Assembly: GCA_010405405.1 (NCBI GenBank)
Contig: MU004240.1
Location: 76,316 to 140,315 of the forward strand
Length of the DNA: 64,000 bases
Source: Microthyrium microscopicum
Taxonomy: Eukaryota
Direction of reading: 5' to 3'
The first letter of the stretch is position 1. The number at the start of each line of letters is the position of its first letter. Below, piece by piece: positions 13,536 through 26,839 of this stretch. A model generated the notes under the pieces. It was not told the origin of the DNA. It ran no database searches and saw only the letters and a list, made by a program, of their open reading frames with translations. The position numbers and the translations under genes were made by a program.

Positions 13536-14494
13536 AAACCTTAATGCAGATCGCCTTGAACCGTTGGCTGGCATTGAACAGGAATACGTCAAACCATGAA
13601 CCAAGCGTTTGGATCTACCAGACAGCTTGTGTGCTCGAAACATTTTGAATATAGCGAATGTGTTCTATAATTTCATCTGTCTCTCTTCCGGAATCCCTTG
13701 GCAAAGCGCCGCAGGTTGCACGACAACAACCGCTTGAGGCCATGACAGATATCTGGGCCACTATGCAAGGTTGCTGCTACCTTTAGGCCAAGAATCCAAG
13801 GTGATTTCAGGCATTAGAGTACCTGTTATTTTGAGTTACTGTATTAGTGTTCAACCTGCGCATGATGCCATGCTCTGCCCGAATCCTGAACACGGTCACC
13901 GCCACACCATGCACGATTGTCAAGCTGACAGTACCTAGGTAGGTACTCATCGCCTTCCACTCTGTGGCTGCGAATACTGGGTAAATACTTGCCAATGCCA
14001 TTCGACTCTCCAGGTTGTTCTAGAACGACTGATATCTACTTGCGTGGATAAATTGCCAAGAAGGCAAGTCAGACGTAACTTGGAGCCTTGGAAATAGGAG
14101 CCCTGAGCGTCTATTAAGTTTAATGCCAAAAAATTTACGGAGGAAAATGTCACAAAGCACCATTTAAATGATCTACACAGCGAAGGTAGGCATTTGGCTC
14201 ACAAGGCAACAAACCGGCCTGTCAGACAGCACAGCCTCGCTGCATCTCCATGCTTTTGGTTGTCCGATTTCTGGGCAACTCCTCTTTCTCACGACGAACA
14301 CCATTTTCAACATAAGTTGCCACCAAGAAACCATCCTAGGTTCCCTCATTATTTCCCCATAAACTCCACTACCGTGCCGTTCTTCTGGAGTCCTGTTATT
14401 CTATACATCTAGGCTTAGCCCACTCGGACATGGCCCCCAGCGCCGCTTCCAGCCACTCAGAGTCCCTTATGGTCGCCCCATACGTTACGACATC

Positions 14495-17434
14495 ATGCAG
14501 GACAGCCAAATACTCATTCAACGAGTGAGGCATGAAGCCAGCAGACTTATCGAGGAAGCATCGGATGGCTTGACATTATTTCGATGGCTTGATGATGCTG
14601 GTGAAGAAGGCCGAGAGTTGTACAACCGAGTGAGGAGTCTACATGAAGCTGTGCGCGACGTTGAGGTTGCGCTCAACCGTCGAGGCGATCAAATACGACA
14701 TGAAGACTCTCATCATGGAAGTGAAGACAGGAATCGCCGGCAGAGGGAAGAAGACCGCGTTCTGAAAAACACATGGGAGAACTTGAAAGCTTGCCATCGC
14801 ATTCTAATTTCGTTAACGAGGCTCCTGGCTGGATGGGGTGCGGAAGTTGAGCCAACTAGAACGCAAGCTTTACAACTGCATTTTAGATTAAATATACTTC
14901 AGAGAGGAAGAATAAGGCGACTCCATGAGAAGTTAAGATGGCGATTCGAAGCCTTAGGACCAAATATACAAGCTGTTAATCAGTAAGTAACAGCACCTCT
15001 CGACGGACAAAATAAGTGAGCCGTTTCGACAACTACTCCCATCGACTGCAATGGCTGCCATAACACTTCTTAAAGAGTGGCTACTCTAATTACCATCATA
15101 TTTGATAATCAGATGTAAAATCTGCGACGCTGATGGGAAGTAAAGCAATTACTCTTCAAGTATCTGTGTTATGCGTTGTCGAAACGGCTCACTTCTTTTG
15201 TCCACGAAGAGAAGCACCTCATAATTGCTGAATAGATTCTAATCACCTACAGGCTAATTCAGATGGATACACAAGAAAGAATAGCCCAGACAAATAGTCG
15301 TCTTGAGCGCCTTGAACAGGCCAATGATCGCATTGAAGCCATGTTCAATAGGCTAGAAAACGCCCCAACACAACGGACACCATCTCCACAAATCGCTCCC
15401 GAGGAATCTTGTACTACTGAGGATCCAGCTGCTACCCCAGAGTCCAACGAGGGTGACGATGCAGAAGACAGCGATGATGATACGGAGCATATGAGCGATA
15501 GAGAAAGTTTTCAAAGATCTCTCCGTCAGACACGCATTGGCTTCCTACAGCACATGAGCCATGACGAAAGGTCTTCCAGTATCGCTTTAGTGTCCACCAA
15601 TGAATCCCCATTGATTGACGATTCGAGCGATGGCAACTACTGGAAAGCACGCGCAACAAATGATCCAAGGAGAAGCCATGGCAATATTCATCGAAGTGTT
15701 TCGTTCGCGGATGACCCCGAAAGACCTGAAGCTATTGCCCACTTTCCACAGAAGACCGAGAACACTTACAACGACTTGCTATCAGAATATTATCATCGGG
15801 CAAGAGCAAATATGAGAGAAAAGCAATATCTTTTAGCTGAAAACAACCTTTTGACAGCAATCGAATTTGCGCAAGATCGAAAACAAGTGTATGGAACCCC
15901 TTTCAATGAAGTGGAGATGCAGGATATGCTTGGACGCATATTTCTTCGATCCGGGCGATTTCCAAGAGCATTGGAAGTCTGGGCACGACTCCTGCCTCGT
16001 GAGGGCGCTCCGGCACAGTCAGTGACTTTACAGGATTGCAAGAACTACTTCCTTGTTGGTGAAACACACTACCAGATGTGGGCATCGCAGAACGAAACCG
16101 ATGATCAAGCAATGGACGATCTCATTCAGGCAGAAAGAAGAGCAAACGCCGCCTATTACCACCTGGCGCGCATCATGGGTGATAACGAGGCATTGGAATG
16201 TCCCGAGGCAAGAGCCACCGCGGACCTACTATCAAGAATATATGATGGACTTGGTGATTCTGGGAAGGCTAGAGTATACCGCCGCTATGCACAAGGCATC
16301 CAATACAATGCCGACGCCGACGAGGAGCCAGCAAACGCCAGAGACGAAGCGATTTTACGAAGCAATGAGAAAGCTACACCTGAGCTTGTGCGAGCAATCC
16401 GCGGAAACAAAACTTCTCGTGCTTTGGCATTGCTGAAGAATACGGATCTAACATTCGACGTAGACAGGCACTTCAAAATTCGCGAAGGACGACATCCTGA
16501 AAATAAAGTTACGATGCTGATGATCGCATTCGATCTCTCGTCCGAATCAATAGTCAATGCACTTATTGAGCGCAACGCAGACATTAACAAGAAAGACGAG
16601 CTACATGATCGGTCTATTCTTCACCGCACTGCGGTGGCTGGAAATCCTGACATGGTCCGTCTTGCAATCAAGAACTGCAAAAGTGGTATGATGGAAGCTG
16701 TCGACAGCTATGGCCTTACTCCACTACTTCTCGCAGTGGAAGAAAACAGCGAACATGTGGTTGAAGTGGTTCAAATACTTCTGGATGCAAACGCTAACAT
16801 CACGACTACTAATCGCCATGGGGAAACTATTGTGCATCTTGCTGCTCTCAATGCATCTAAAAAGGCAAAGCCGTCTAATTTCTCTCATAGAGCAGTCGAC
16901 CTTCTCCAATATCTAGTGCTAGAACGAAAAGATTCGCCAAACGATGCCAAAAACAATATCGGCAACACGCCGTTGATGCTGGCCTGTGAGAATGGGCATC
17001 CTGCTACTGTCGACGTCCTTCTCAAGGGTGACGCCGACCCTAACGCAACCAACAATGAGAACCGATCGGCGCTCTATCTCGCTGTTGATGGTGGTCTAGT
17101 CATGCCGGAGCGAGAGCAAACAGTGCGACTACTTCTAGACAGCGACGCAGAAATCAACACGAACGAACTGCCCCGGAAGTGGAACAATTTCCCTCCCTTG
17201 TCCCAACGATCGGTCTCACCCTCCTATTCAGACAAGAAAAGCGATGATTCTCGCAATAATAGCATTTCCCGCAATCCACCAGCGCATCATCGGAAGTCTT
17301 CTAGGACCACTTTGGACATTCCTACACATAGCAGAGTAGAGAGGACTGATAGCACGAGCACTATGGAGACCACAAACTCCCAGGCCTCTAGAGGTTCTAG
17401 CAGGCTATTGCAACGGCTGTTTTCTTCGAATTAA
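14495..17434 (+). CDS. ~890-aa protein: N-terminal helical (HeLo-like/SesA-like?) domain, TPR-like repeats and ankyrin repeats
   Basis: ORFs 14495-14986 and 15263-17434 join in frame via GT-AG intron 14983-15252. Ankyrin motifs GLTPLLLAV, GETIVHLAA, GNTPLMLAC, RSALYLAV; TPR-like LGRIFLRSGRFPRALEVW. Confidence 0.85.
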
Positions 17435-18696
17435 AAACAAATAGGGCACTCAGCGACATGTATTGGAAGACTCATGATTGACGGCAATCTGGTCCCCGTC
17501 ATAACATAGAAATAAGTCGTGGCAAGGCGTTTTGTATCGGATGAAAAAGAGGTTTTTGGTATGGATAGACGTTTCGGAATACCCCTGATAGTTTGCTTTT
17601 TGCATTTCACATTTTGACTTTGTTACAAAACTTCATTCGGACATATGTTGTTGACAATATCCTGGATATTTTTGGAACTTATCATTTCATTAACTGCTTC
17701 GTTCTCCGTACCCACTCCTATACTGTAAGAATTAGGTACTTACCCAACATTGCATCTGGTGTGAACATAGTATTGATTTAAAGAATAAGGACCGTCGGTG
17801 ATATTAATATATTCCAATCGAACGATACACCAAACGCACGACGCCAATGACGAACCCTCTGCCGCTTGGAACGTATCTACACCTTTGGGACCAAAAAGGA
17901 TAGAGACGGAAAAGACTTTCATTCTAAGGAAGTTTGCTAGAGACTATTGAAGTATTGAAGCATACTAAAAATTGTTCATGAGGCAGGCTCAGCTGCGACT
18001 GTGGTTGTACTGAAAAATGGAGGAACAGCAGATGAAGTGGTTAGAAGCTCATCTCCTTCAGGCTGACCCATGAGTAGATCTTGAATTTATAAGGCAATTC
18101 ACTGGTACGCCTTGAAGCTGGTACCTTGCGTTCAGGGCAGCCCGGGAACTGTCAACTGTGGTTCTTCCAGGTTCTGGCCGTATGGTGCCCGTTTTGGTTT
18201 TCGGGCAGACACGCTGCAGTGGAGATAGAGGCGTGGTTTGCGAGGTCGTTGCAGATACATGTGATGATCACGAAGACTTTTGGAAGAAGGAGTAGTTGGT
18301 GGTTGACGTAGTGATAGCCAAAAGTTAGGCGTTGGAAGTAGTGGTAGACGAGCGCAATTTCCCAAAAGGGCAACCAGAAGAACAACCACCCAGACTTCTT
18401 ACTATTTATACTGGATTACCGCGCCAGATCAGTTCATTTAGACGCAAGTAGACACCCGGATAATCGCCTGCTCCTTCCCACACATGAGATTCGTCTAATT
18501 TCCCTAGAGTAGGTACCTCTAAATTTCTGTCTCGTCGTCCTGACTGCTCCATCCTGTGCTTCTGATATATCAACTCTCTTCCGAATACCACTACATTACC
18601 TCAACTTCTTCGTGGTAACCTATATCTCTCTCGTCCATCCTCCTTTCGCCACCACGTTCGCTATCCACTATAGCCTTTGCTGCGCTGGATATCGCC

Positions 18697-20114
18697 ATGT
18701 CGTTCGTTAGACTCGTAAGTGCACGTGCATCTATACCATCTTGACCCGGGAGAATACAGTTGCTGATCAGAGAGTCTAGCTTCTGGCTGCCGGCAGCTTC
18801 ACACAAATCGTGCTCGCTGCGCCGCATGGTGCCTCTGCTTCTGCCCATCAGCTCTCCAAGCGTAGTACAGATCACTATCGCATGTATGTTGGCACTGCCG
18901 ATGCACCTGTCTGGCCAGTAGCCAACGAGTGGTGGGATACATTTGATGATATGTGAGTCTGCATGTTCCCGTGTCCCTGCACACGCATGCTGACTTTGTG
19001 ACAGGTTCAAAGGAAATATCGAGGTTATCCGAAATGGTTGTAGCCAGTTCCATGTACCCAACAACTCCGATCAAGAGATTGCTACAATCTTCACAGCCAC
19101 GGGAGATATTGGACGCGAGGTGGGAATGGATCCTCGCTTCATTCTAGCCATCATGCTGGAGGAATCCAACGCTTGTGTTCGTGCTCCAACAACGAACAAC
19201 GGCGTCCGCAATCCTGGTGTAATGCAATCCCACAATGGAGCTGGGACTTGCAACGATGGTCACGTCCAGAGTCCATGTCCAAAAGACGCCATCTATCAAA
19301 TGATCCGGGATGGTGTCCAAGGTACCGCCTATGGTGACGGCCTCCGTCAATTGGTTTCCAAAGCCCCCGGTCCTGCTGACAACAAGTACTTTGCCGCTGC
19401 CCGAATGTACAATTCAGGTTCCATTGATCCATCTGGCCATCTCGAAAACGGTGTTGCCACTCATTGTTACGTGTCAGATGTTGCCAACCGGTACGTTCTC
19501 CCAATTGCTCTCGATGGCTCCATGACTTGTTTTATGGTTTCATCTCGAAAAGCTCGAGTACTCTGTTCAAAGCGTACGAGCTCTAGTCGAGTCTTTTACT
19601 GACAAATTCCAGGTTGAGAGGATGGGTTCGTGCTCAGAAGAACTGCCACCTTGACGGTGCTCCTCCTCCAGCTCTTTCACATTATCCCGACACTTCCAAC
19701 TACGACATGTCGTTTATTCCAGGTTTCGGTGGAAAATCGGCTGCACCTACTCCTGCTCCTGCTGCTGCTCCAGAGCCTGCTCCAGCTCCAGTTCCCGTTC
19801 CCGTTCCCGCTCCAGCTCACGTTAGCAAGGCTCCAGAGCCAGAGCCAGCGCCAGCTCCAGCTTCAGTACCGATTCCAGAACCAGTTCATGTTGAACAGCC
19901 AAGCAAGCCTCAAGCAGCCTTCTCCAATATGCGAGCACCCGGCGTTACCACCGAATGCGCCAAATACTACCTCGTCCAACATGGAGATTTCTGTCTCAAG
20001 GTCGGGGAGATGTTTGGAATCTCATTCGAGATTTTGCGACAGATGAACGTTGCCCTTGACGAACAATGTAGCAACTTGTGGTTGGGGTACGATTACTGTG
20101 TCCAGCCATTGTGA
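18697..20114 (+). CDS. Secreted lysozyme-like/lytic transglycosylase (GH23/SLT-like) domain, Pro/Ala linker and C-terminal LysM
   Basis: Spliced signal peptide MSFVRL|LLAAGSFTQIVLA. Motifs FILAIMLEES (catalytic Glu), PGVMQ and AARMYNSG. LysM CAKYYLVQHGDFC...LRQMN...NLWLGYDYCV. Three GT-AG introns. Confidence 0.88.
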
Positions 20115-20776
20115 TGAGGCTCAGTGAGCATTTTGACTTTTCCCAGCAATGGCGTCTGGGGTTCTCGGGCATTCCCCAAGTTTTGAGTCGGGGACTCGTT
20201 CCAGGAGTAAAAGTGTCTTTGACAGACGCGTGAATATGTGCTAGCTTTCATGTTTATTCAGTATATTTAGTTTTTCAATAAAATCTCGAATACTAAAACG
20301 CGCCCATCGGTTTCTTGGCCCCTATCCGCTACGTTTTATTATCGACTGCTTGAATTCCTATTGAGTAGGTAGAAAATTTGAGGACTATCGAATACGACGC
20401 AGATTTAGAGCCTTTTTTGTAAGGTGTGTTGGTAGACATCGCACTCGATGGGACATGATGGCGGAATTGAGTGTGTTCAATCATGTTGCATCTCTTAATG
20501 ATATTGTGATGGGAGTAAGGCAAAATTATCATAAATATAATGAAGGAAGAAGGAAGATGAAGAGTAAAGGAAGATGCATGATAAAGAGATGGATTAAATG
20601 GAAAAGGTGGAGATCTTGATCTCAATGTCGCGTCTTCGTGGCTCAGCTTTCTGAGCCTAAATTCCTCCAACGTCATGCCCATCTCCCCATAATCCCCAAA
20701 ATATGCCAGGCTCTGCCATGCCACTCATATAAAATCCGTAGACCTCTCACCTGATTCCCTCTAACTATACCAAAAA

Positions 20777-21985
20777 ATGGCTGTAAAACAATCCTTCCGC
20801 TCCGCCCTGAACCGTATCCGACGTCAATCTCGCGATATATCGAAATCTCCATCAGACACATATGACCCGCCACCAGGCCCTCCACCCTCCAAAAAAGCCC
20901 AAGATGCGCACTCATCAGTACCTCATCCACCAATCCACCCCGTCAATCTGCCGTTAGTCCTCCCGCACCATCGCTACAACCTCGCAGCCCAAGGCTGGAC
21001 GACCGTCACACTCTCTCCCCAACCTGTTGTCGACTCCCAGCGCGCCGCCGACCTACAATCCGCTATAGCCGCCCTATTCGCCGCAGCTCGCGTCTTTTTC
21101 GATCGCGAACCGGAGTATAAAGCGCGCTTCTCCACGCCCGAGCTTAGCGAAGAGGGCTATAGCGCAATACCCGGTGAGAAAGAATTCTTCACGCTTCGAA
21201 GCTCCACGCATCTACCCGACGAACTCGCTGAGCCTGCAGCTCGATATTGGGCGCTCGCTGGCGAGTTGCTGGTGGATATGCTAGATGGTGTCAGCGCAAG
21301 CGTCGACATACAGCCAGATGCGCTGCGAAACCTAGCACAGCCGTGTGCGACACTAAGTACTGAGCGGACAGCGACGATGTTGCGGATGTTCAGATACGAA
21401 GGCTGGGAAGACAAAATCGTCGCAGAGCCACATTGTGATCTAGGCCTGCTTAGTCTAGTGGTGGGTGATGCGCCCGGGCTGGAGGTGTGGAACGGGCTAG
21501 AGAATGCATTCTATCCGGTTGAGCGGACGTATGGGCGGTTGGACGATAAGATGACCGTGCTTGGTGGACGGCAGTTGCAAAGGTTAACGAATGGTCTGTA
21601 TGCGCCGGGTGGGCATTTGGTGAGAAGTTATCCGCAGGGAAAGAGTGAGGAGAAGAAGAGATATCGACATTCGATTGTGTTTGTGTTGAGAGCGCATTAT
21701 CCGGTGGTGATTCAGACAAAGGCGCTGGAGAGTGAGATTACGGGATCACAGCAGTTGATTCCGGATGGGATGACGGCTAGGGAACTGTTTTTGGCGATAA
21801 AGGGGGCGCATTATAACATCAATGCGGGGATGAAAGATCGGGAGGAACAGAAGAGACGGATGAGGGAGAAGAAGACTGGGCCTGGAACAGATCAAAGTGC
21901 TTCGACAAGTCCGGAAGAACAATTCACGACTGCATCAGAACAGGATTCTACGAAAGCGGCGGATCCAGCTCCTGGAACAGCTTGA
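20777..21985 (+). CDS. 2-oxoglutarate/Fe(II)-dependent oxygenase (IPNS-like fold)
   Basis: 402-aa ORF with HxD (PHCDLGLLSL), distal His (GGHLV) and RxS (RHSIVF) motifs. Confidence 0.85.
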   Translation: MAVKQSFRSALNRIRRQSRDISKSPSDTYDPPPGPPPSKKAQDAHSSVPHPPIHPVNLPLVLPHHRYNLAAQGWTTVTLSPQPVVDSQRAADLQSAIAALFAAARVFFDREPEYKARFSTPELSEEGYSAIPGEKEFFTLRSSTHLPDELAEPAARYWALAGELLVDMLDGVSASVDIQPDALRNLAQPCATLSTERTATMLRMFRYEGWEDKIVAEPHCDLGLLSLVVGDAPGLEVWNGLENAFYPVERTYGRLDDKMTVLGGRQLQRLTNGLYAPGGHLVRSYPQGKSEEKKRYRHSIVFVLRAHYPVVIQTKALESEITGSQQLIPDGMTARELFLAIKGAHYNINAGMKDREEQKRRMREKKTGPGTDQSASTSPEEQFTTASEQDSTKAADPAPGTA

Positions 21986-22106
21986 GATTTGTGCATTATG
22001 CGGCAATGACCCTGAATTGAATATATTTCGCTTTTAAAGCAGAGAAAAAGAGATATGTTACAAATACTAGTACAGGGAGTATACACAGGCCAGCCAGTTT
22101 TAATAC

Positions 22107-23088
22107 TCAACCACAAGTCCCAGATGGCAACTCCAACGGATACTCGCCATCTCCCTGTACAACAACTGGTCCAGGATCTGGATACTTGAGCTCCGCAGTC
22201 GTCTTTGGGCTTAAGCAGCCATTATTTACATCAGCAAAAAGCATGATCGGTCGCTGCGAGAACGCAACAACCGCATCATCACGCTTTCCAACACTCCGCT
22301 TCATTCCCGTTGAAGCCACTTGATGCTGCTTGTACTTCGAATGGCGATGTCCAGTCTTAGCATTGCAAGCGGCGCTGCTCACATTCGCAGCCGCCGCAGA
22401 CGATGTCGTCAAAGGCATACTAGATACAGACGCAGTCGCACTCCCATTGCCAATACCGCTCCCATCCACAACACTGGACGCATTACTCGCTTGACCGCCC
22501 TCAATCGTCACAGCCGCACAGCTCATAAAAAACTCCTGCTCTCGATTCATCCACGTCCAGGCGAACACCACCTCACCCCCCGGCAAGTCCTTTGGTACAG
22601 TAAACCCAAACTGCTGGTCCTCCGGTTCCATCCCGCCATTTCGGAGCGGACAGTTGCCCTCGTAAGAACTTACCACGTGGAACGAAGCGCCCTTATCAGT
22701 GCTGAAGCCAACTTGGCATGAGCCGCCATAGTGGTTGCCGCCCAGTGGAGCTGTGGAATGTGTCAGTGAATGATCTTATATGGAAGACATGATGAATGGG
22801 GTGAATGGGGAGAGGGGACCTACCAGGACCCCAAAGACTAAACGTCTGATTCGAGCCAGCAGTCCAAGTTGCGACTGAGGCGCCTTCAGATGTCCCCAGG
22901 AGGGATAAATAGCCGCGGCATGGCATGGGAGTTGTTTCGCCGCAGCAGTTATGCGGATAGTTGAGGGTCGTATCAGGGGTGATTGTGTTTGGATTGTTGA
23001 TGGCTTTAAAGGGCGGTGGCGAGTAAAGTTGCATGTGGGCTGTGGTGGACCAGATCGTAGCGAGGGTGAGAAGGACGCAGGGAAGCAT
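22107..23088 (-). CDS. Secreted lytic polysaccharide monooxygenase, AA11-like
   Basis: Signal peptide MLPCVLLTLATIWSTTA followed by His1 (HMQL). Motifs PCRGY, GNHYGGSCQ, SYEGNCP and VFAWTWMNREQEFFMSCA. One intron at ~22750-22823. Confidence 0.88.
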
Positions 23089-24122
23089 TTTGATGGCAAT
23101 TGGGGATGTTGTTTTAAGGATAGGGGTGATATTGTTACCGAAGTCGTGGTACTTATGCTGAGTAGTAGCGATAGAAATCAGCCGGATGAGAATGTGTCGG
23201 TATGAGATGTAAGTTGACAATGCGATAGAGCATCTAGAACACTATGCAAAGAAAGAAGAGATAGATAGAGAGTGTTGATACAAGAAAAAAGCGATCGATT
23301 CAATATTGCCAGCGCATTTGGGTTGCTCTCGATGATGAGCAAAACTAGAGTAAATCATAAAAGTGGACGTCTGAGATGTTCACACGATTATGCAAATGGA
23401 GGAACATGTTGCTCGGATATAAATATGATCTTGACTCTCCTGTATCCTATCGTAAATGTACAGTGATCAATTTGATGCTCCTCAATTGCTGGTTCCGAGC
23501 TACCATCAATCTGGATAGTATCATAGTGTAGATCTGAAACAGCCTTATCCAACTTTACTAGGAGAATTAGAAAACGCAAAACATCTTTGTGGTACACCAA
23601 GCGCTGGTGAGAAAGGGCTCGAGCCATATCCTCCCTGCCTGGAAAAGGAGGTCAACTGGGTGAGGAAATAAATGGCGTCTCGACCAAGTGCGAAATCTAC
23701 CACCGCACCTTGTTAAGAACCTATGCTGTAGAACTTCTTCTAAAAGCTCAATGATAAACAAAGTAAGTAGGACCGTGGCGTAGTGTATAGAATGGAAGTT
23801 AGAAACCAACGAAGCTGATGGGCCATGCCATTTATTATGTCCAGCGCTTGAAGGTCTAGAAAATTTTGTTGAATTGTAGGGAGATCGTATTGGGTTCGTG
23901 GTGCTCGACCTTTTCTACGAGATTAGACCATCGGTTGGGAAATGGTTGAGCCTAGATCAAGTAATCACGTTGAATGCAATTCCAAAAACATGATTTTGAC
24001 AAGATAAACAACTTTGCTGTTCTATTCAATGCAATGACCATAGTCGAATTGCACTATCCACTAACCTAACACGTAGACATCCATGAGTATTTTTGTTCGC
24101 ACCAACTTTGACTTTGCGTTTT

Positions 24123-24766
24123 TTAGACCTTCATCTCCTTGAGGCCATGCTTCCAGAGGACAACATAGGGTGTGACACCATCCTCGCGATAGTTGAGAAG
24201 AACGATCATGTGGTTGCCCTTGTCCTCGTCGAATCGAGCACCAATGAACATTTCGTAGTCGCCAAAGTTGCCGGCAATCTTCTTGGCATATGCTCCGGCA
24301 CCCTTCTTGAATGTGGCGATCTCTTCGGCTGGTGCGCCAGACTCGGTAAGCTTAGTCTCGATCATCTTCATGTAGCCTTAACAAATGTTAGCGCCTGCTT
24401 TGAATAGCTCCAACATCGCGCTCACCCTTGAGATATGTGAGATATCCCTTCTTGTCGAACTGGGTCTCTTGGTAACCAAAATCGTGGACGACATCGATAA
24501 CAGTCTCCTTGTTCTCCTCGATAGCCTCCTCTTCATCCTCGGCGGAGGGGTTGGCACCAGTATCGAAGCTTTCTCCTCCAACAGTCTTCCGCTTGCAGTC
24601 GGCTTCGTAGACGACTCCGTCGATAAGGTTCATGTCCCAGCCATCTGAGATGAGTTCGGCGCCGGTGACAATGTCCTATACGAGAATGCGGGGTCAGCAT
24701 GAGTCGCGCCTCGAGGTTCAACAGGTGTTAAAGGTTATAGAGAAAGTATACCTCGAAGATAAGCAT
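24123..24766 (-). CDS. TMA19: Translationally controlled tumour protein homolog (TCTP)
   Basis: [16 protein letters not shown]...GANPSAE...[11 protein letters not shown]...[12 protein letters not shown]...KHGLKEMKV*; two introns. Confidence 0.95.
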
Positions 24767-25472
24767 TTTGAAGAATTAGAGAGCGAGTTGCGTAAGAAAG
24801 GAAGTGGTAGGGCCAGAGGCGAAGTGCGAGTAGTTGAAGATTTGTGTTTTGTGTTTTGTGTCTGGGTGGTGGAAAGGTGATATTTTTTAAGCGCAAAAAG
24901 TCGATGTTTTGGAGGGGCTGCACTAAATGTGTGGCCCTCGAATGAAATTTGGTTGGGTCACTTTGGCTGGCGCTAGCAGTCACTAACAGGCATTAACGGC
25001 ATACCGATCTCGGGAAGTCGGAAGAATGCTCAAGGCATTGAAATTTACCCCTCGGGCCGAACATATCTCAAATATCCATCAATCGATGATCAGCTCAATG
25101 ATTGGCACGTGCATATATCGCGACCATTACCCAGTCTCCAAAGTCCAAACTAATTTCCATCTCTCCGCTTCCCCAATCCCAGCTGCTTAATATTGCCACT
25201 TCGCCTCCTGTTTATAGACATTGCGCTCTCAGCTTTGTCTTGCTTCTCCTTTTCTTTCCTAATTCTCTTGTTTAACCCTCAGTCGCTCCTTACAGCTCAT
25301 CGTCCGCCATACAGTATCCGCAGCATTTGTCCGGATCGCTTCGGCTCGTGTCAAACTGCACCCAATTTGCCCCCTATTCAATTATCAACTCAATCCACCA
25401 ACTCCCAATTGTTTTCTGTTAGAACCTCTAGTACCGGTCATACTGCTCTACTCTCTCCTATAGCCATTCGAA

Positions 25473-26839
25473 ATGGCATCTAATTACACTGTCCTCGACC
25501 TTCCGCCCCTGCCGTCATACGCCCTCAAACCACAACCTCCATTATTGCCATGGATGTCTGATGCGCTGTTTGCTCTCGTCCTGCCTATAGTCGCATACTG
25601 GACTATTTCGCTAATCTTTCACGTCATTGATACATACGACATCTTCCCACAATACCGCCTTCACACCCCAGCAGAGATACTCAAGCGCAATCACGCGACC
25701 AGGTGGGATGTGTTCAGGGATGTGGTTCTCCAGCAGATTGTACAAACTATATTTGGCTACGCCGTGTCTTACTGGGACCCTGAACCGATATATGGCAAAG
25801 AGGACTATGATATCGCCATCTGGGCGCAAAGAATTCGCATTGCGCAACGAGCCATTCCATGGGCGCTGGGAGCCATTGGTGTCAACGCGGCTCAACTCAG
25901 CAGCAAGCTTGGTGGGCAAACCTCTGTCCTAGCTGGCGTACTATCTGGCGGAAAATATCCGCAGCTTCAAGAGCTGGTCACACTCAACGGCGAAAGCGTA
26001 CTGGCTCCATCATTTGCTTCGTGGGAAATCAGCACAGCCAAGATCATTTACTGGGCTCTGATCCCGCTCGTCCAATTCTGCGTTGGAGCCATCATTGTCG
26101 ACACATGGCAATATTTCCTCCACCGCGCCATGCACATGAACCAATATCTCTACAGTAAGCGCCCTCCCAATTCTCAACTCCCATATCCCACTAACAAAAC
26201 CCAGCAACCCTTCACTCCCGCCATCACCGTCTCTACGTCCCCTACGCCTACGGTGCCCTCTATAACCACCCCATCGAAGGCTTCCTCCTCGACACCGTCG
26301 GCACAGTCTTCGCCTACCTCGTCACCGGCCTCTCCGCGCGCCAATGCATAATCTTCTTCACCCTCGCCACCGCCAAAACCGTCGACGACCACTGCGGCTA
26401 CGCACTCCCCTGGGATCCACTCCAACACCTTTCCGGCAACAATGCCGCCTACCACGACATCCACCACCAAAGCTGGGGTATCAAGACAAATTTCAGCCAG
26501 CCATTCTTCACTATCTGGGATAGCATGTTGGGCACCATGTGGAAGGGCGGCGATGTCAAATTGCGGTATGAGAAAGCGCGCAAGTCGGCGGATGAATGGT
26601 GGGAACAGCAGCAAAAGCATGCCGCGGCGATCGCGGAGAAACCACAGGAAAAGAATACGTTGGCTGGCGCACAGGTGCCGAGTTTAGCGGCGCAGAGCGT
26701 GGATGTACCAGAAATGCCCTCGTTGCGTCGCAGTCCTCGCAAGGCGACGTCAGGAAATCAGGCCTCGCTCAAGGGCCTCAAGGAGCGAATGAGTGGAAGT
26801 CTGCCAAATGGTGTACCGCGGGTCGAGTCGCGCCGGTGA
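25473..26839 (+). CDS. SUR2: Sphinganine C4-hydroxylase (fatty-acid hydroxylase family)
   Basis: His boxes DTWQYFLHRAMH, LHSRHHRLYVPYAYGALYNHP and YHDIHHQSWGIKTNFSQPFF; one intron at ~26155-26204. Confidence 0.93.

Noticed and set aside
18591..19504. Minus-strand ORFs (157, 91, 117 aa)
   Set aside because: Antisense shadows of the spliced lysozyme-LysM gene
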